Shown here one piece after another: positions 1 through 10,842 of a DNA stretch of 64,000 bases. Each line of letters starts with the position of its first letter. The stretch's first letter is position 1. This DNA comes from Dictyostelium discoideum (lineage: Eukaryota), in the NCBI GenBank assembly GCA_000004695.1, contig CM000152.2:736001-800000 (forward strand), read 5' to 3'. The translations under genes were made by a program, and so were the position numbers. Below the pieces are notes generated by a model. It was not told the DNA's origin. It did no database searches and saw nothing but the letters and a program-made list of their open reading frames with translations.

Positions 1-1543
1 TTTATTATCACAATTGGAGGATTCAAAGAATTCACATAATGAATCATTAAGTAAATTGAAAAAACTTGAAGAGAAATTAGTATTGGAGAGATCAAATTTC
101 GATTCTTTAAATCAAAGATTTAATATCATTACACTCGACCATAATGATTCTATTGAACGTACAAAACAAGTTGAAAAGCAATTAATTGAACTTGAAAATG
201 AAAAAGATTCTTTAAAACAAACTAATCAATCACAATCTTTACAATTGACAGAGTTTGATGAAAATCTTACAAATCTTAACCAAACTTTACAAGAGAAGCA
301 ACAATTAATCCAATCACTAGAGTCTGAATTAAAAGAGAAGTCTGATGCTTTAATTACATTTAAAGAGTTACAAGATCAATTGGAACTTTTAAATTCAAAT
401 CTATCAGAAACAACTTTAAAACTTGATGAAGCAACATCTCGTCTTTCAATTTTAGAACCTGAATTTGAAAAAATAAAACTAAATTATGATGAAGCTTGTA
501 TTAAAATCACAAAATTAGAAGTTTCTTTAGTTGATTTTGAAACTGAAAGGAAAATAGCTGAAAAGAAAAATGTTAAAATGATTAAAGATTTGAAAATGGA
601 ATTATCACAATCTAGAGATTCCTTTAATTTATTATCACAATCTTCAAGTTCAATTGGTGGTGTTGCATCTGGCCAATTAACTCCAAACGGTACAAATAAT
701 GGTGGTGGTGGTGGTGGTAGTGGTCAAAATACTCCATTACGTGGTTCAAATGGTAGTATTTCATTACCATCAACGCCAATCGTAACACCAATTCAATCAA
801 GACATCAAAGAACTGCATCAAGAGATTTCCAATTATCATCACCAACTTCTAATAATAATAATTTCGCTTATACATCTTCACCAATTAGTAATAAGCCACC
901 ATTAATACCATCATCACAATCATCAAATTTCATTAATAATCATGCATTAAATGGTGGTGGTAATAATAATAATGGTATAAGTGATATTCAACTTAGAACT
1001 GATTTTGAATTAATGGGTAAAAAATTAGGTGAACTTGGTACAGAAAATTATAAATTAGATGAAAGAAATAGAACATTAGAATTAAAGAATAGGCAATTAA
1101 CAGAAGATTTGGAAAAGAAATCAAATGCAGTTAGATTATTAGTTTCAAAAACTCAACTTGGTAAAGCAACCTCTGAAGAAGAAAAAGCTAAAAAATTAAA
1201 AAGTGGTGGATTTATGGGAAGTTTTTGGAGAAATAATGATCCAAAGATTGCTGCTGAAATGGTCGAAAAAATGGAAGTTATGTTACAAGAGAATGTTCTT
1301 AAAAATTTCCAACTTTCAAATGATTTAGAATTATTAGGTACTGAAACTGGAAAATTAAAATCTCAATTATCAATTTATGAATCAATTTTAAAAGAAAATA
1401 ATATCGAAAAACCAACTTTTAAAAATTTACATGAAAATTTAAAACCAAATAATTTTGAAAATAATAATAATAATGATGATAACTCAACAACAGCAACCAC
1501 TACTTCAATTCAAATTGGAAGTGAAGAAAATTATAAAATTTAA
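1..1543 (+). CDS. Coiled-coil protein, 3' portion. The ORF is open to the window edge, so the gene is 5'-truncated here. It carries poly-G/N/S low-complexity linkers.
   Basis: The frame is open from nt 2 to the stop at 1541-1543. The product shows heptad-like charged composition (LEEKL..., ELENEKDSLKQ...), with G-, N- and S-homopolymers typical of Dictyostelium proteins. I could not assign an orthologue. Confidence 0.55.
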   Translation, partial: LLSQLEDSKNSHNESLSKLKKLEEKLVLERSNFDSLNQRFNIITLDHNDSIERTKQVEKQLIELENEKDSLKQTNQSQSLQLTEFDENLTNLNQTLQEKQQLIQSLESELKEKSDALITFKELQDQLELLNSNLSETTLKLDEATSRLSILEPEFEKIKLNYDEACIKITKLEVSLVDFETERKIAEKKNVKMIKDLKMELSQSRDSFNLLSQSSSSIGGVASGQLTPNGTNNGGGGGGSGQNTPLRGSNGSISLPSTPIVTPIQSRHQRTASRDFQLSSPTSNNNNFAYTSSPISNKPPLIPSSQSSNFINNHALNGGGNNNNGISDIQLRTDFELMGKKLGELGTENYKLDERNRTLELKNRQLTEDLEKKSNAVRLLVSKTQLGKATSEEEKAKKLKSGGFMGSFWRNNDPKIAAEMVEKMEVMLQENVLKNFQLSNDLELLGTETGKLKSQLSIYESILKENNIEKPTFKNLHENLKPNNFENNNNNDDNSTTATTTSIQIGSEENYKI

Positions 1544-1676
1544 TTATTATTATAATATTTTAAAATAAATTAAAAAAAATAAATAAAAAAAACTATATAT
1601 ATTATATATTAAATTAAAAAAAAAAAAAAAAAAAAAAAACCAATTTATTTTTATTTTATTTTATTTTAATTTAATT

Positions 1677-3393
1677 TTAATTATTAATATTATCATTTGA
1701 ATTTGATTTCCAAATTTTTAATAAACAATCAGAACCAGTTGTTGCTAATAAATTTTTAGTTGGATGATGTGATATACTAATAACTTCTTGATCATGAATT
1801 TTAAATTTATTTAATAATGAACCAGAATTGAAATCAAAAGTATAGAGTATATTATCTTCATCAACTGCATATAAATAATTTTGAAGTGGAGATAAAGTGC
1901 AAACCAAGAAAGTTTTTGAATTTTCACTTGTAAATGTTTTACTAATAGTTTGAGATTTCATTGAAACTATTGAGATTTGAGAAGAATTACAAACTAAAAG
2001 GAATTCAGGATTCTTTAGCAATATAGTGATTGAACGAATTGAAATGTCTCTAACTGTGACAACACTTGTTGGAGTGATAGTTTGCAAACAATCTGATGAT
2101 TTTGCATCCCATATTTTAATTTTACCATCACTTGAACATGATATAACTCTATCTTCATCATGATTGAAACAACAATCATTCACAAACGATTGATGACCTC
2201 TAAAGATTTTCAAAGCCTTACCCGATTTTAAACCATGAATTTTCAAAGAGGAGTCAAAGGAACCACTTAGAATTTGTGTTGAATTCCTTGAGAATTGTAA
2301 ACATGTCACACCATTCGTATGAGCAGGTTCGAATTTTCTTAAACATTTACCACTCTTTATTTGCCAAACTTTGATTTTATTATCCAATGAACCCGTTGCT
2401 AAGAACTCGCCATCCTTTGAGAACGCAATGCAAAGTATCGCATCATCATGCATCATAAAATCGTCATTTGATTGATAGGCTAAACTCTTTGATAATTTAC
2501 CAGTGTTGTAATCCCAAACCTCTATAAATCCATCCATACTACCCGTTAAAAGATATTTAGAATCTGGTGAGAATTTAATTGTCTCTGGTTTATTCTTATT
2601 ATTAAATTTAATTGTTTTATCTAAAACAGTTGTTATTTGTTCCTCTTCTGATTCAATCTTTTTAAATGGTACCTCACCTTTAAATAAATCAAATTCCATA
2701 CAATCATCTGGTATTATACCTTGATGTTTTTGCCAATGTAATGATTGTGATAATAATGATAATAATCTTGATGATGGTACTGTTATAATTTCATTATTTA
2801 ATTGTTCAATTAGTTGTTTTCTTCTTTTTTCTGTTGTTATACCATATTTATAAAACTTATAATATATATATATTAATAAAAAAAGATAAATTTTATATTA
2901 TATTATATTAAAAACATACATCTCCTAAATCTATATATTCTCTTTGTAAATGATTTTCTAATTTTAAATATCTTTCTTGTTGATTTAATTTCATATAATT
3001 TAATGGTTCAGTTTTCCTAATTAAATATTTACAAAGTTCATATTCCTTTAAATGTAATAATTCTACTATATCTTTTTTTTTTTTTTTTTGGTTAATTAAT
3101 AATAAAAAATAAAAAAATAAAAATTAGAATTCAAAATATTTGAATAATTTATTAATTTTCCTATATTTTTATATATATACTTGTTCATAAAGATCCATTA
3201 ATAATGTAGTTGATAATCTTAATGTTGATACAACAGTTAAAACACTATCCCAATTACCATTTTTAACATCATTTAAAAATGTTTCTTTACTATCAACTGC
3301 ATTTAAATTTATACCTGTTTCTTCTTGTAAAGCTGTTAATGAATTACCTAATGAATTTTCTTTTAAAAATTGTAATATTAATTTAATTACACT

Positions 3394-3425
<32 letters not shown>

Positions 3426-3535
3426 CTTCAGTTAGTAAAGGGTGATAATTAAATTTAAATTTAATTATTAAAGTATATTTACTCTTGTGATTGAATTTCA
3501 ATATTATGATGGGTAGTTGATGTGGGGTTACTCAT
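1677..3535 (-). CDS. smu1: WD40-repeat protein SMU1 homologue (LisH/CTLH N-terminus plus WD40 propeller). Multi-exon model: approx 3535..3483, 3425..3181, ~3071..2920, 2855..1677.
   Basis: The 3'-terminal exon (2855..1677) aligns closely to human SMU1 (..HQGIIPDDCMEFDLFKGEVPFKKIESEEE.., SPDSKYLLTGSMDGFIEVWDYNTGKL, DDAILCIAFSKDGEFLATGS). Upstream exons encode the LisH (VIKLILQFLKENSL) and CTLH (IVELLHLKEYELCKYLIRKTEPLNYMKLNQQERYLKLENHLQREY) regions. The intron 2855/2920 has a GTATGT donor and a ..ATAAG acceptor, 64 nt. Putative exon 1 (ATG 3535; MSNPTSTTHHNIEIQSQE, compare human SIEIESSD) has a GTAAAT donor and a TACTAAC branch point. The exon 1/2 and 2/3 junction phases could not be made fully consistent by eye. 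Exon 2 begins in a 29-nt coding poly(A) tract. Confidence 0.8.
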
Positions 3536-3669
3536 TTTCGTTGTTCAATAAAACTATTTTTAAAAATTAATGGGTTTTTATACTTTTTTTTTTCATTTTT
3601 TTTTTTTTTTCATTTTTTATTTTTTTTTTTTTACTTTTTCATTATCAAAAAAAAAAAAACAAACAAATA

Positions 3670-5739
3670 ATGTCAAGTAATATTGGTTATTTATTAAAAA
3701 GATATGGAATTATATCATCATTAAGGAAAATTATTTTATTAATTGGTGTTTTTAGTAGTAAGTTTTTATTAATACCATTTATTGAATGGTTATTTAATAA
3801 ATTTGGAAATTATGGAAATGGTGGTGGCGGTGAAGGAGGAGGAGATGAAGAATCATCAAAACCATTTCAAGTTGGAAATGATTTTGAATTATGTATTGTA
3901 TTAATATTATTTTATATATTTCATCGTAATCTTTTTGGAATACCATTCACATTTAAACTATATTCAATTAGAACATTATTATTATTAATGGAATCACATT
4001 ATTTCCTATTAAGCCAAATGAGAGCATTTGATAGATTTGGATTAAAATGTCAACATAGTGGTGTTGATGATTTATCACCTCAACAACATAAAAAGAATTT
4101 AATTATGATTGAAAAGGAATTAGTATTATTGGAAAAAATGAAATCAAAATATGATACACCAAAATCTAAAGATTATATTGGTTATTTAACAATTAGAAAT
4201 TATTTAGAAACTTTAAAGAAATCCTATTCATTACATCTTTATCCATCACCCCAGTATTTCATTTACCCAATCGTCTATCCGGTTAATCAATTCATTGGTT
4301 GTCAAATGGCATTAATAGAGACACTAGTTAAACAACAAATCAATTGTAAATCAGATGCAATGGATTTCATTGAAAGAATTGAATATTCTGATCAATTTAT
4401 TGAAGGTTTATTAAGCGATTTAAAGGTAAGAGAAACTCAAGGTATCATACCACCAAAATGGATTATTGAAATTTCAATCAATCAAATTGAAAAGAAAGTT
4501 CTTTGTAAATATGAAAATTCCTCTCAAGATTATTTTTTAAATAAGAAATTAAATTCAGATTTACAAATTTTATTAAATAATAAAAAATCCTCAATTAAAT
4601 CTCAAAATGATATTGATTCAATAATTAATCAATTGAATGAAGTTGTTGATAAATATTTAATACCATCATTTGAAAAGCTTAAAGAATATTTAACACAATT
4701 GAAACAACATTCAAAAGATGGTGATGGTTTATGGAGAGCACCAAATGGTGATGAACTTTATGATTTCCTATTAAACTATCATACTACCACTACATTGACT
4801 GCTAAAGAAATTCATGAAATTGGTTTAAAACAAGTTGATAAAATTAAAAAAGAAATTATAAATTTATTTAAAGATGACTACCCTTCAATTAAAACTGATT
4901 TCAGTTCAACAATTAGATTATTATCAAAGGAGAAACCATTTCAATTTAGTCAGGGTGATATTGGTAGAAAAGAGATTATCGAACATTATGAATCCATCAT
5001 TAAAGATTGCACAGAAACCAAGTTACCTCAATACTTCGAGAGAATCCCATTGGCGAACTGCTCAGTTGAACGTGTGCCATTATTTAAAGAGGCTGAATCT
5101 GCACCTGCCTATTACACCCCACCACCAATCGATAGATCAAAAGGCGGTATTTTCAATGTAAATCTTAGAAATACAAATGCCCACACTAAAGCAATGTCAA
5201 AAGATCTATGCTACCACGAAGCCACACCAGGCCACCATTTCCAAATGGCGTTAGCTCAAGAATTTACAAATATTGATGCATTCCGTCGAGTGATTGTATT
5301 TAGTTCATACGCTGAAGGTTGGGCATTATATGCAGAGAAGTTGGCAGATGAATTAGGTTGGTATGAAAATAGATTCGAAAGATTAGGTTATTTAGTAGCA
5401 GAAATGTGGAGATCTGCTAGACTAGTAATCGATACTGGTATTCATTGTTCTCAATATAAATGGTCACGAGAGAAATCAATTCAATATATGAAAGATAATA
5501 CCTATCTTGAAGAATCTGACATCACCTCTGAAATCGATCGTTATATCGTCATTCCTGGTCAAGCAGTTTCTTATAAAATTGGTCAACTCAAAATTTTAGA
5601 ACTTAGAGATTTAGCAAAATCAAAATTAGGTGATAAATTTCAATTAAAAAAATTCCATTCTGCAATTTTAAATAATGGTTCATTACCATTAGATATTTTG
5701 GAAATCTCTGTAAATAATTGGATTAATGAACAATTATAA
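3670..5739 (+). CDS. DUF885-family (HExxPGHH metallopeptidase-like) protein, 689 aa as a single ORF.
   Basis: The C-terminal ~450 aa carry the DUF885 hallmark CYHEATPGHHFQ plus surrounding conserved blocks (YAEGWALYAE, GIHCSQYKWSREKSIQYM). The ATG at 3670 sits in an AAAATG context after an A-run. The N-terminal ~130 aa are hydrophobic and low-complexity, and unseen small introns are possible there. Confidence 0.75.
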   Translation: MSSNIGYLLKRYGIISSLRKIILLIGVFSSKFLLIPFIEWLFNKFGNYGNGGGGEGGGDEESSKPFQVGNDFELCIVLILFYIFHRNLFGIPFTFKLYSIRTLLLLMESHYFLLSQMRAFDRFGLKCQHSGVDDLSPQQHKKNLIMIEKELVLLEKMKSKYDTPKSKDYIGYLTIRNYLETLKKSYSLHLYPSPQYFIYPIVYPVNQFIGCQMALIETLVKQQINCKSDAMDFIERIEYSDQFIEGLLSDLKVRETQGIIPPKWIIEISINQIEKKVLCKYENSSQDYFLNKKLNSDLQILLNNKKSSIKSQNDIDSIINQLNEVVDKYLIPSFEKLKEYLTQLKQHSKDGDGLWRAPNGDELYDFLLNYHTTTTLTAKEIHEIGLKQVDKIKKEIINLFKDDYPSIKTDFSSTIRLLSKEKPFQFSQGDIGRKEIIEHYESIIKDCTETKLPQYFERIPLANCSVERVPLFKEAESAPAYYTPPPIDRSKGGIFNVNLRNTNAHTKAMSKDLCYHEATPGHHFQMALAQEFTNIDAFRRVIVFSSYAEGWALYAEKLADELGWYENRFERLGYLVAEMWRSARLVIDTGIHCSQYKWSREKSIQYMKDNTYLEESDITSEIDRYIVIPGQAVSYKIGQLKILELRDLAKSKLGDKFQLKKFHSAILNNGSLPLDILEISVNNWINEQL

Positions 5740-5743
5740 TAAA

Positions 5744-5794
<51 letters not shown>

Positions 5795-6329
5795 TTATAA
5801 TAATATAGAGTAATAAAAAGTGATAATAAAACGTCAACCTAAATTTGAATTAATTCTTATTTATTATTTATTATTTTTTTCTTTACAAATTCTTTATTTA
5901 AAATTATTATTTTAGTCGTTTTGAATTGATAAATTTAGTTTTTTACCATTTCTCTTTTTCTTTGGTTCTGTTCAATTTTCACCTTTTTTTTTTTTACTTT
6001 GTTTTGTTTTATTTTATTTTGAGTTTTATGTGTATGTATATATGATGTATGTTGTGATGTTCTGTTTAAATATTTAGTTTGATTGGGTGGCAGTTGGTTC
6101 TTCTTCTTTAACTCTGTTTAAAATAAATAAATCATTAGTATCAACAAATATTTTAACTATTTGATCAGAAAAATAAATATATATATGATGGATCAAAAAA
6201 AAAAAAAAAATAATCTCATTTGGATTATATTGTTGGTGATATGTGATTATTTTTATATGAGGTAGAGTGATCTGGATGGTTATAATATAGTTTGTGTTAA
6301 TGTATTATTATTATTATTATTATTATTAT

Positions 6330-6494
6330 TTACTCTTGTAAAATTTCCTTAAAATAAATTGAAACTGGTCTAATTGGTCTTGCCTCTTTTCTTCTAATTT
6401 CTGCTTGTTTTTGTTGTTCTCTAATTTTTCTAATGTTTCTAATGGCACCTGGTGTCCATTTTCTTCCAAATGAGCATAATGATGATGAAAACAT
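6330..6494 (-). CDS. Small basic protein, 54 aa (MFSSSLCSFGRKWTPGAIRNIRKIREQQKQAEIRRKEARPIRPVSIYFKEILQE), of unknown family.
   Basis: An ATG at 6494..6492 opens a frame that runs to the stop at 6330. The composition is lysine/arginine-rich and not low-complexity. I recognise no homology. Confidence 0.4.
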   Translation of the reverse strand: MFSSSLCSFGRKWTPGAIRNIRKIREQQKQAEIRRKEARPIRPVSIYFKEILQE

Positions 6495-6769
6495 TCTCTT
6501 TAATTTATATATTGGTATGTGAAAAAATGAAAATAACAAAAAAAAAAAAAAAAATATGAAAAACGAATTTTTTTTTTTTTTTTTTTTCAATTTTTTTTTT
6601 ATTTTTTTTTTTTTTAAAGCTGATCAAAAAAAAAAAAAAAAAAGTAAAGGAAAAACAGAAAGAAATAAATTTTTTTTTTTTTTGCTAAGTTTTATTTTAT
6701 TACATTGAATTTATTTATTTAATTTTTTGACAATAGTTATAATATAAGGATTTTTTTATTTTACTATTG

Positions 6770-6802
<33 letters not shown>

Positions 6803-6807
6803 TTTTC

Positions 6808-6844
<37 letters not shown>

Positions 6845-7091
6845 TGGAAATCTATTTAAATATCTAAGATATATAAATAAACAAATAAACTATTTAATTA
6901 TATATTTTTTACAATCAAAAAGTTGATGAAGATGATGGTGATTTTTTTTTTTTTTTATTTCTTCTGATTGGTGAACCAGAGAGAGTGAATGTTTTAGTTG
7001 ATTTTTCTTTTTTTTGTTTTTTTCTTTTTTTTTTTTTTTTTTTTTTTTTTTGATTATTGAAAAAAAAGGGGAGGAGTAACCAACGATACAT

Positions 7092-8234
7092 TTATATGAT
7101 TGAACATTTCTTCTTTTTACCAATTGGAGTGAAACCAGTTGGTTTAACAACATGAGCATTGTAAGTGGAGTTGTTATTTGGTTGAATACCACCTTGTAAC
7201 TTTTTAATTTCACTAGCCATAATCATAAATGCTTGTTCTACATTTGCTGATGATTTGGCAGATGTTTCCAAAAATGGAATACCAACAGAGTCGGCATATT
7301 CTCTGGCGGTACTGGTATCGACGATCTTCTTTTCAATGAGATCACATTTGTTACCAACGAGTAAACGAGTTACACTATCACATGCATATCTTTGAATTTC
7401 TTGCATCCATTGTTTGACATTGTTGAAACTGACATGATCAGTGACATCATACACAACGATGATACCATGTGCACCACGATAATATGATGATGTAATTGTT
7501 CTGAATCTTTCTTGTCCTGCAGTATCCCAGATTTGTAATTTAATGATCTTACCATCTAAATTAATTGTACGAATTTTAAAATCAACACCAATTGTTGAAA
7601 TATAACTCTCTGTATATGTATCATCCTGTATTATTATTATTATTATTATTTTTGATTTTTTTGAATTTTTTTTTTTTTTTTTTGATTTTTTTTGAAATTT
7701 TTTTTTTTTTTTTTTTCAAATAAAAGTTTCAAAAAAAAAAAAAAATTATGAAAAAATTGGTGTGGGGAGGAAAAAAAAATTAATATGTGAGGATAAACGT
7801 CTTTTTTTTTTGCTTTTTCTTTTAATAAATTTAATAAATACTTACTGCAAATCTAAGTAATAAACATGATTTACCTACACCACTATCACCGATTAAAAGT
7901 AATTTGAAAAGATAATCGCTAAATTAAATAAAATAATTTTTTTTTTAAAAAAAAAAATAATAATAATAATTTGGTTAGAATACAATTAAATTATATAAAG
8001 ATGATGTGATTTAACTATGAGGAGTTGTTGTAAATACAAACAAAAACCTTGTAATCACAATGAATTAAAGTTGTGAAGGCAACTTAATTGTTTGCAATGT
8101 GTGTGTGTGATTTTTATTTTTTTTATTTTATTTATCTTTTATTTTTTTTTTTTTTTTTAATAAAAAAAGAAAAAAAAAATTAAAGAAAATAAAATAAAAT
8201 ATTAATAAAACTATACTTACTATTCTGGATTCAT
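7092..8234 (-). CDS. rab1: Rab1-family small GTPase, 206 aa, three exons: 8234..8221, 7918..7846, 7625..7092.
   Basis: The spliced product [49 protein letters not shown]...[32 protein letters not shown]...LVGNKCDL...FLETSAK is almost identical to human RAB1A through the G1-G5 boxes. Introns 8220..7919 and 7845..7626 both have GTAAGT donors and ..TTTAG/..TACAG acceptors. The C-terminus reads ...[23 protein letters not shown] element lies about 150 bp upstream of the ATG on the coding strand. Confidence 0.88.
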
Positions 8235-8433
8235 TTTATCTGTTTTATTTTATATTTTTTTTTTCTTTTTTTTTTTTTTAATAAATTTTTTATTTTATGT
8301 GTTAATTTTTATTATGATAAAAAAAAAAAAAAATTGGTTTTTAATAATTTTTTTATTATTTTATTTATTGTGTTGTTGGACTATTACTACAAGTTTATAT
8401 AAATATGGGTGTGAGTGAGCGAATTTTAATATA

Positions 8434-8564
8434 TTAATATATTTGGAAAATTTTATATATATATATTTTATATGGTGTTGAGAAAAAAAAAAAAATAAAA
8501 AAAAAATTAAAAAAAAATGAAAAAAAAAAAAAAAAAATCAAAAAAAAAAAAATTTTCAAAAAAA

Positions 8565-8626
<62 letters not shown>

Positions 8627-8751
8627 AAAAAAAAATTAAGTTGTTTTGATGGAGCCACATAAAAAAATTATTAAAAATATTTGGTGCTGATCAAAGATAT
8701 ACCACTTTTTATTATTATCATTTTTTTATTATTTTTTTTTTTTTATAAAAA

Positions 8752-8793
<42 letters not shown>

Positions 8794-8823
8794 TTCTTCA
8801 TTATTGCATATATTAAGATTAAA

Positions 8824-8859
<36 letters not shown>

Positions 8860-9187
8860 ATAATCATCCAATTTCCAAAAAAAAAAAAAAAAAAAAAAAT
8901 AAAAAAAAAAAAAAAAATAAAAATAAAAATAAATAAAAAAAAAAAAAGAGTAAAGAAAAAAAGAATATGTTACCAGAATATTTATTAATGACGAAGATGA
9001 TGATTTTCCATCTTACCTTGTGGTTAAATTTTTTTTTTCTTAAACTTTTTTTTTTTTTTTTTTTTTATTTTTTTAATAACAACAATATATTTTTTATTCA
9101 GATATATTATTTATTGATTAGAGTAAAAGAAATTGAATTTTAATAATCTTTTTTTTATAAAATATATATATTTTTTTTTAAATATAA

Positions 9188-9223
<36 letters not shown>

Positions 9224-9780
9224 AAAAAATTCTTTGAATGGTTCACTGAAATAACGAATCACAGAAAAAAAAATTTTGAAATTGAAAAAGAGATATGTGT
9301 TTGGATATTTTTTTTAATAACCAAATTAAATTTATTAAAAATTAAAAAAAAAAAAAAAAAAAATTAAACAAAACAAAAGAATAACATGTTATGGTTTCTT
9401 GTTTTTTTTTTCTTTATTTTTTTTCTTTGTTGCCAAAAATTGATAGTTTTTTTTTTTTTTTTTTTGGTAATTGTAATTAAGATATTTATTCCATTTTTTA
9501 AAATATAAAAAATTTAAATTAATAAAAAAAAAAAAAAAATAGTTGGTCGGTTTTATTTTTTTCTTGGTTACAATTCGTATGTCTTAACCTTTCCTCCTCT
9601 TCCTTTAAATTAAAGAATTAATGAGCTGGCCGTTTTGGTATTATTATTTTTAAAATAAAAATTCAAAAATAAAAATAAAAGAAAAAATTCTATGTTTATA
9701 CAATCAAAAATAAAATAAAATTTATTATTAATAGCAAATAATGTATTTAAAAAATTTAATAATTTTCATTGTTTTCAACC

Positions 9781-9811
<31 letters not shown>

Positions 9812-9947
9812 ATTTTTCCAATTTTTTTTTTTTTTTTTAATTTTTTAATTTTTTATTTTTTCATTTTTTTTTCATAAATTTTTGAAGTTATTAAATCATT
9901 TTTTTTTTTTTTTTTTACAAAATTTTTAAAAAAAGATTTTATGTATT

Positions 9948-9978
<31 letters not shown>

Positions 9979-10080
9979 TTATATGGGGGAGTATCATCTT
10001 TAAGGCGGAATCGGGATTATTAATAATAACGAAAAGAAAAAAAAAAAAAAAAAGAAAAGAAAAAAAAACGAAACAAAAAA
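8434..10080. repeat. Extremely A/T-rich divergent intergenic spacer between rab1 (-) and ctr9 (+). It is dominated by A and T homopolymers and includes (TTTA)n at 8758-8797.
   Basis: Direct reading shows multiple A20-A40 and T15-T25 runs and a TATA-like core upstream of rab1. Confidence 0.7.
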
Positions 10081-10081
10081 G

Positions 10082-10763
10082 ATGGATACCAAAATTCAAT
10101 CACAGTTTATTTATATACCAATCAGAGGTTTTAATGATCAAGCATTAAAAATTGATATTTCCTCATTACCAGATTCAAAAGAATTGATTGAAGTACTAAA
10201 AGCAGAATTAGCACCATTAGATCTTTGGTTAAAATTAGCAGTAAGTTTTTAAATTTATATTAATTACTTGTATTGTTTTTATTATTAATTATTACTAACG
10301 ACAAACCAAATTTTTAAACAAATATAATATGTGTGTGTGTGTGTGTGTGTGTTTATTTGTATATTTATCAATAGAATGAATATTATAAACAAGATAGAAT
10401 TACAGATTTCATAGAGGTATTAAAACAAGTTACAGATGCAGATTTAGAACAATATTATAAAGATTCTAAATTAGATAGAATTGCAATGTTGAATGCATTA
10501 GCAAGTTATTATACACAATTAGGTTCACAAGAAAAAGATAAATCAAGAAGAGAGGAATACTTTTCAAATGCAACATTTCATTTCACAAAAGCTGATAGAA
10601 TCGATCCACATCAACCATTAACCTGGATTGGTAAAGCTGTACTCTTATTAACAAAAGGTGATTATGAACGTGCTGAATCAAATTTTAAACAAGTATTAGA
10701 TTTAGCAAAATCAAATAACACATTACCAGTTTTACCTGCAAAATTAGGTTCTGTAAGTTGAAA

Positions 10764-10842
<79 letters not shown>

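Noticed and set aside
3169-3501. Track ORF annotated as starting with M at 3501
   Set aside because: The codon is TTG, because the ORF track uses bacterial alternative starts. The region is the LisH exon of smu1 read through its upstream intron.
4874-5161. 95-aa ORF in an alternative frame inside the DUF885 gene
   Set aside because: It overlaps the conserved HExxPGHH-containing frame and has no support of its own.
9541-9650. Less A/T-rich segment with a GGTTA..TAACC hairpin and repeated G(T/C)TGG(T/C)CGGTTTT strings
   Set aside because: It could be a tiny ncRNA, but no upstream element, terminator or recognisable motif is present. I mention it only as a low-priority candidate.
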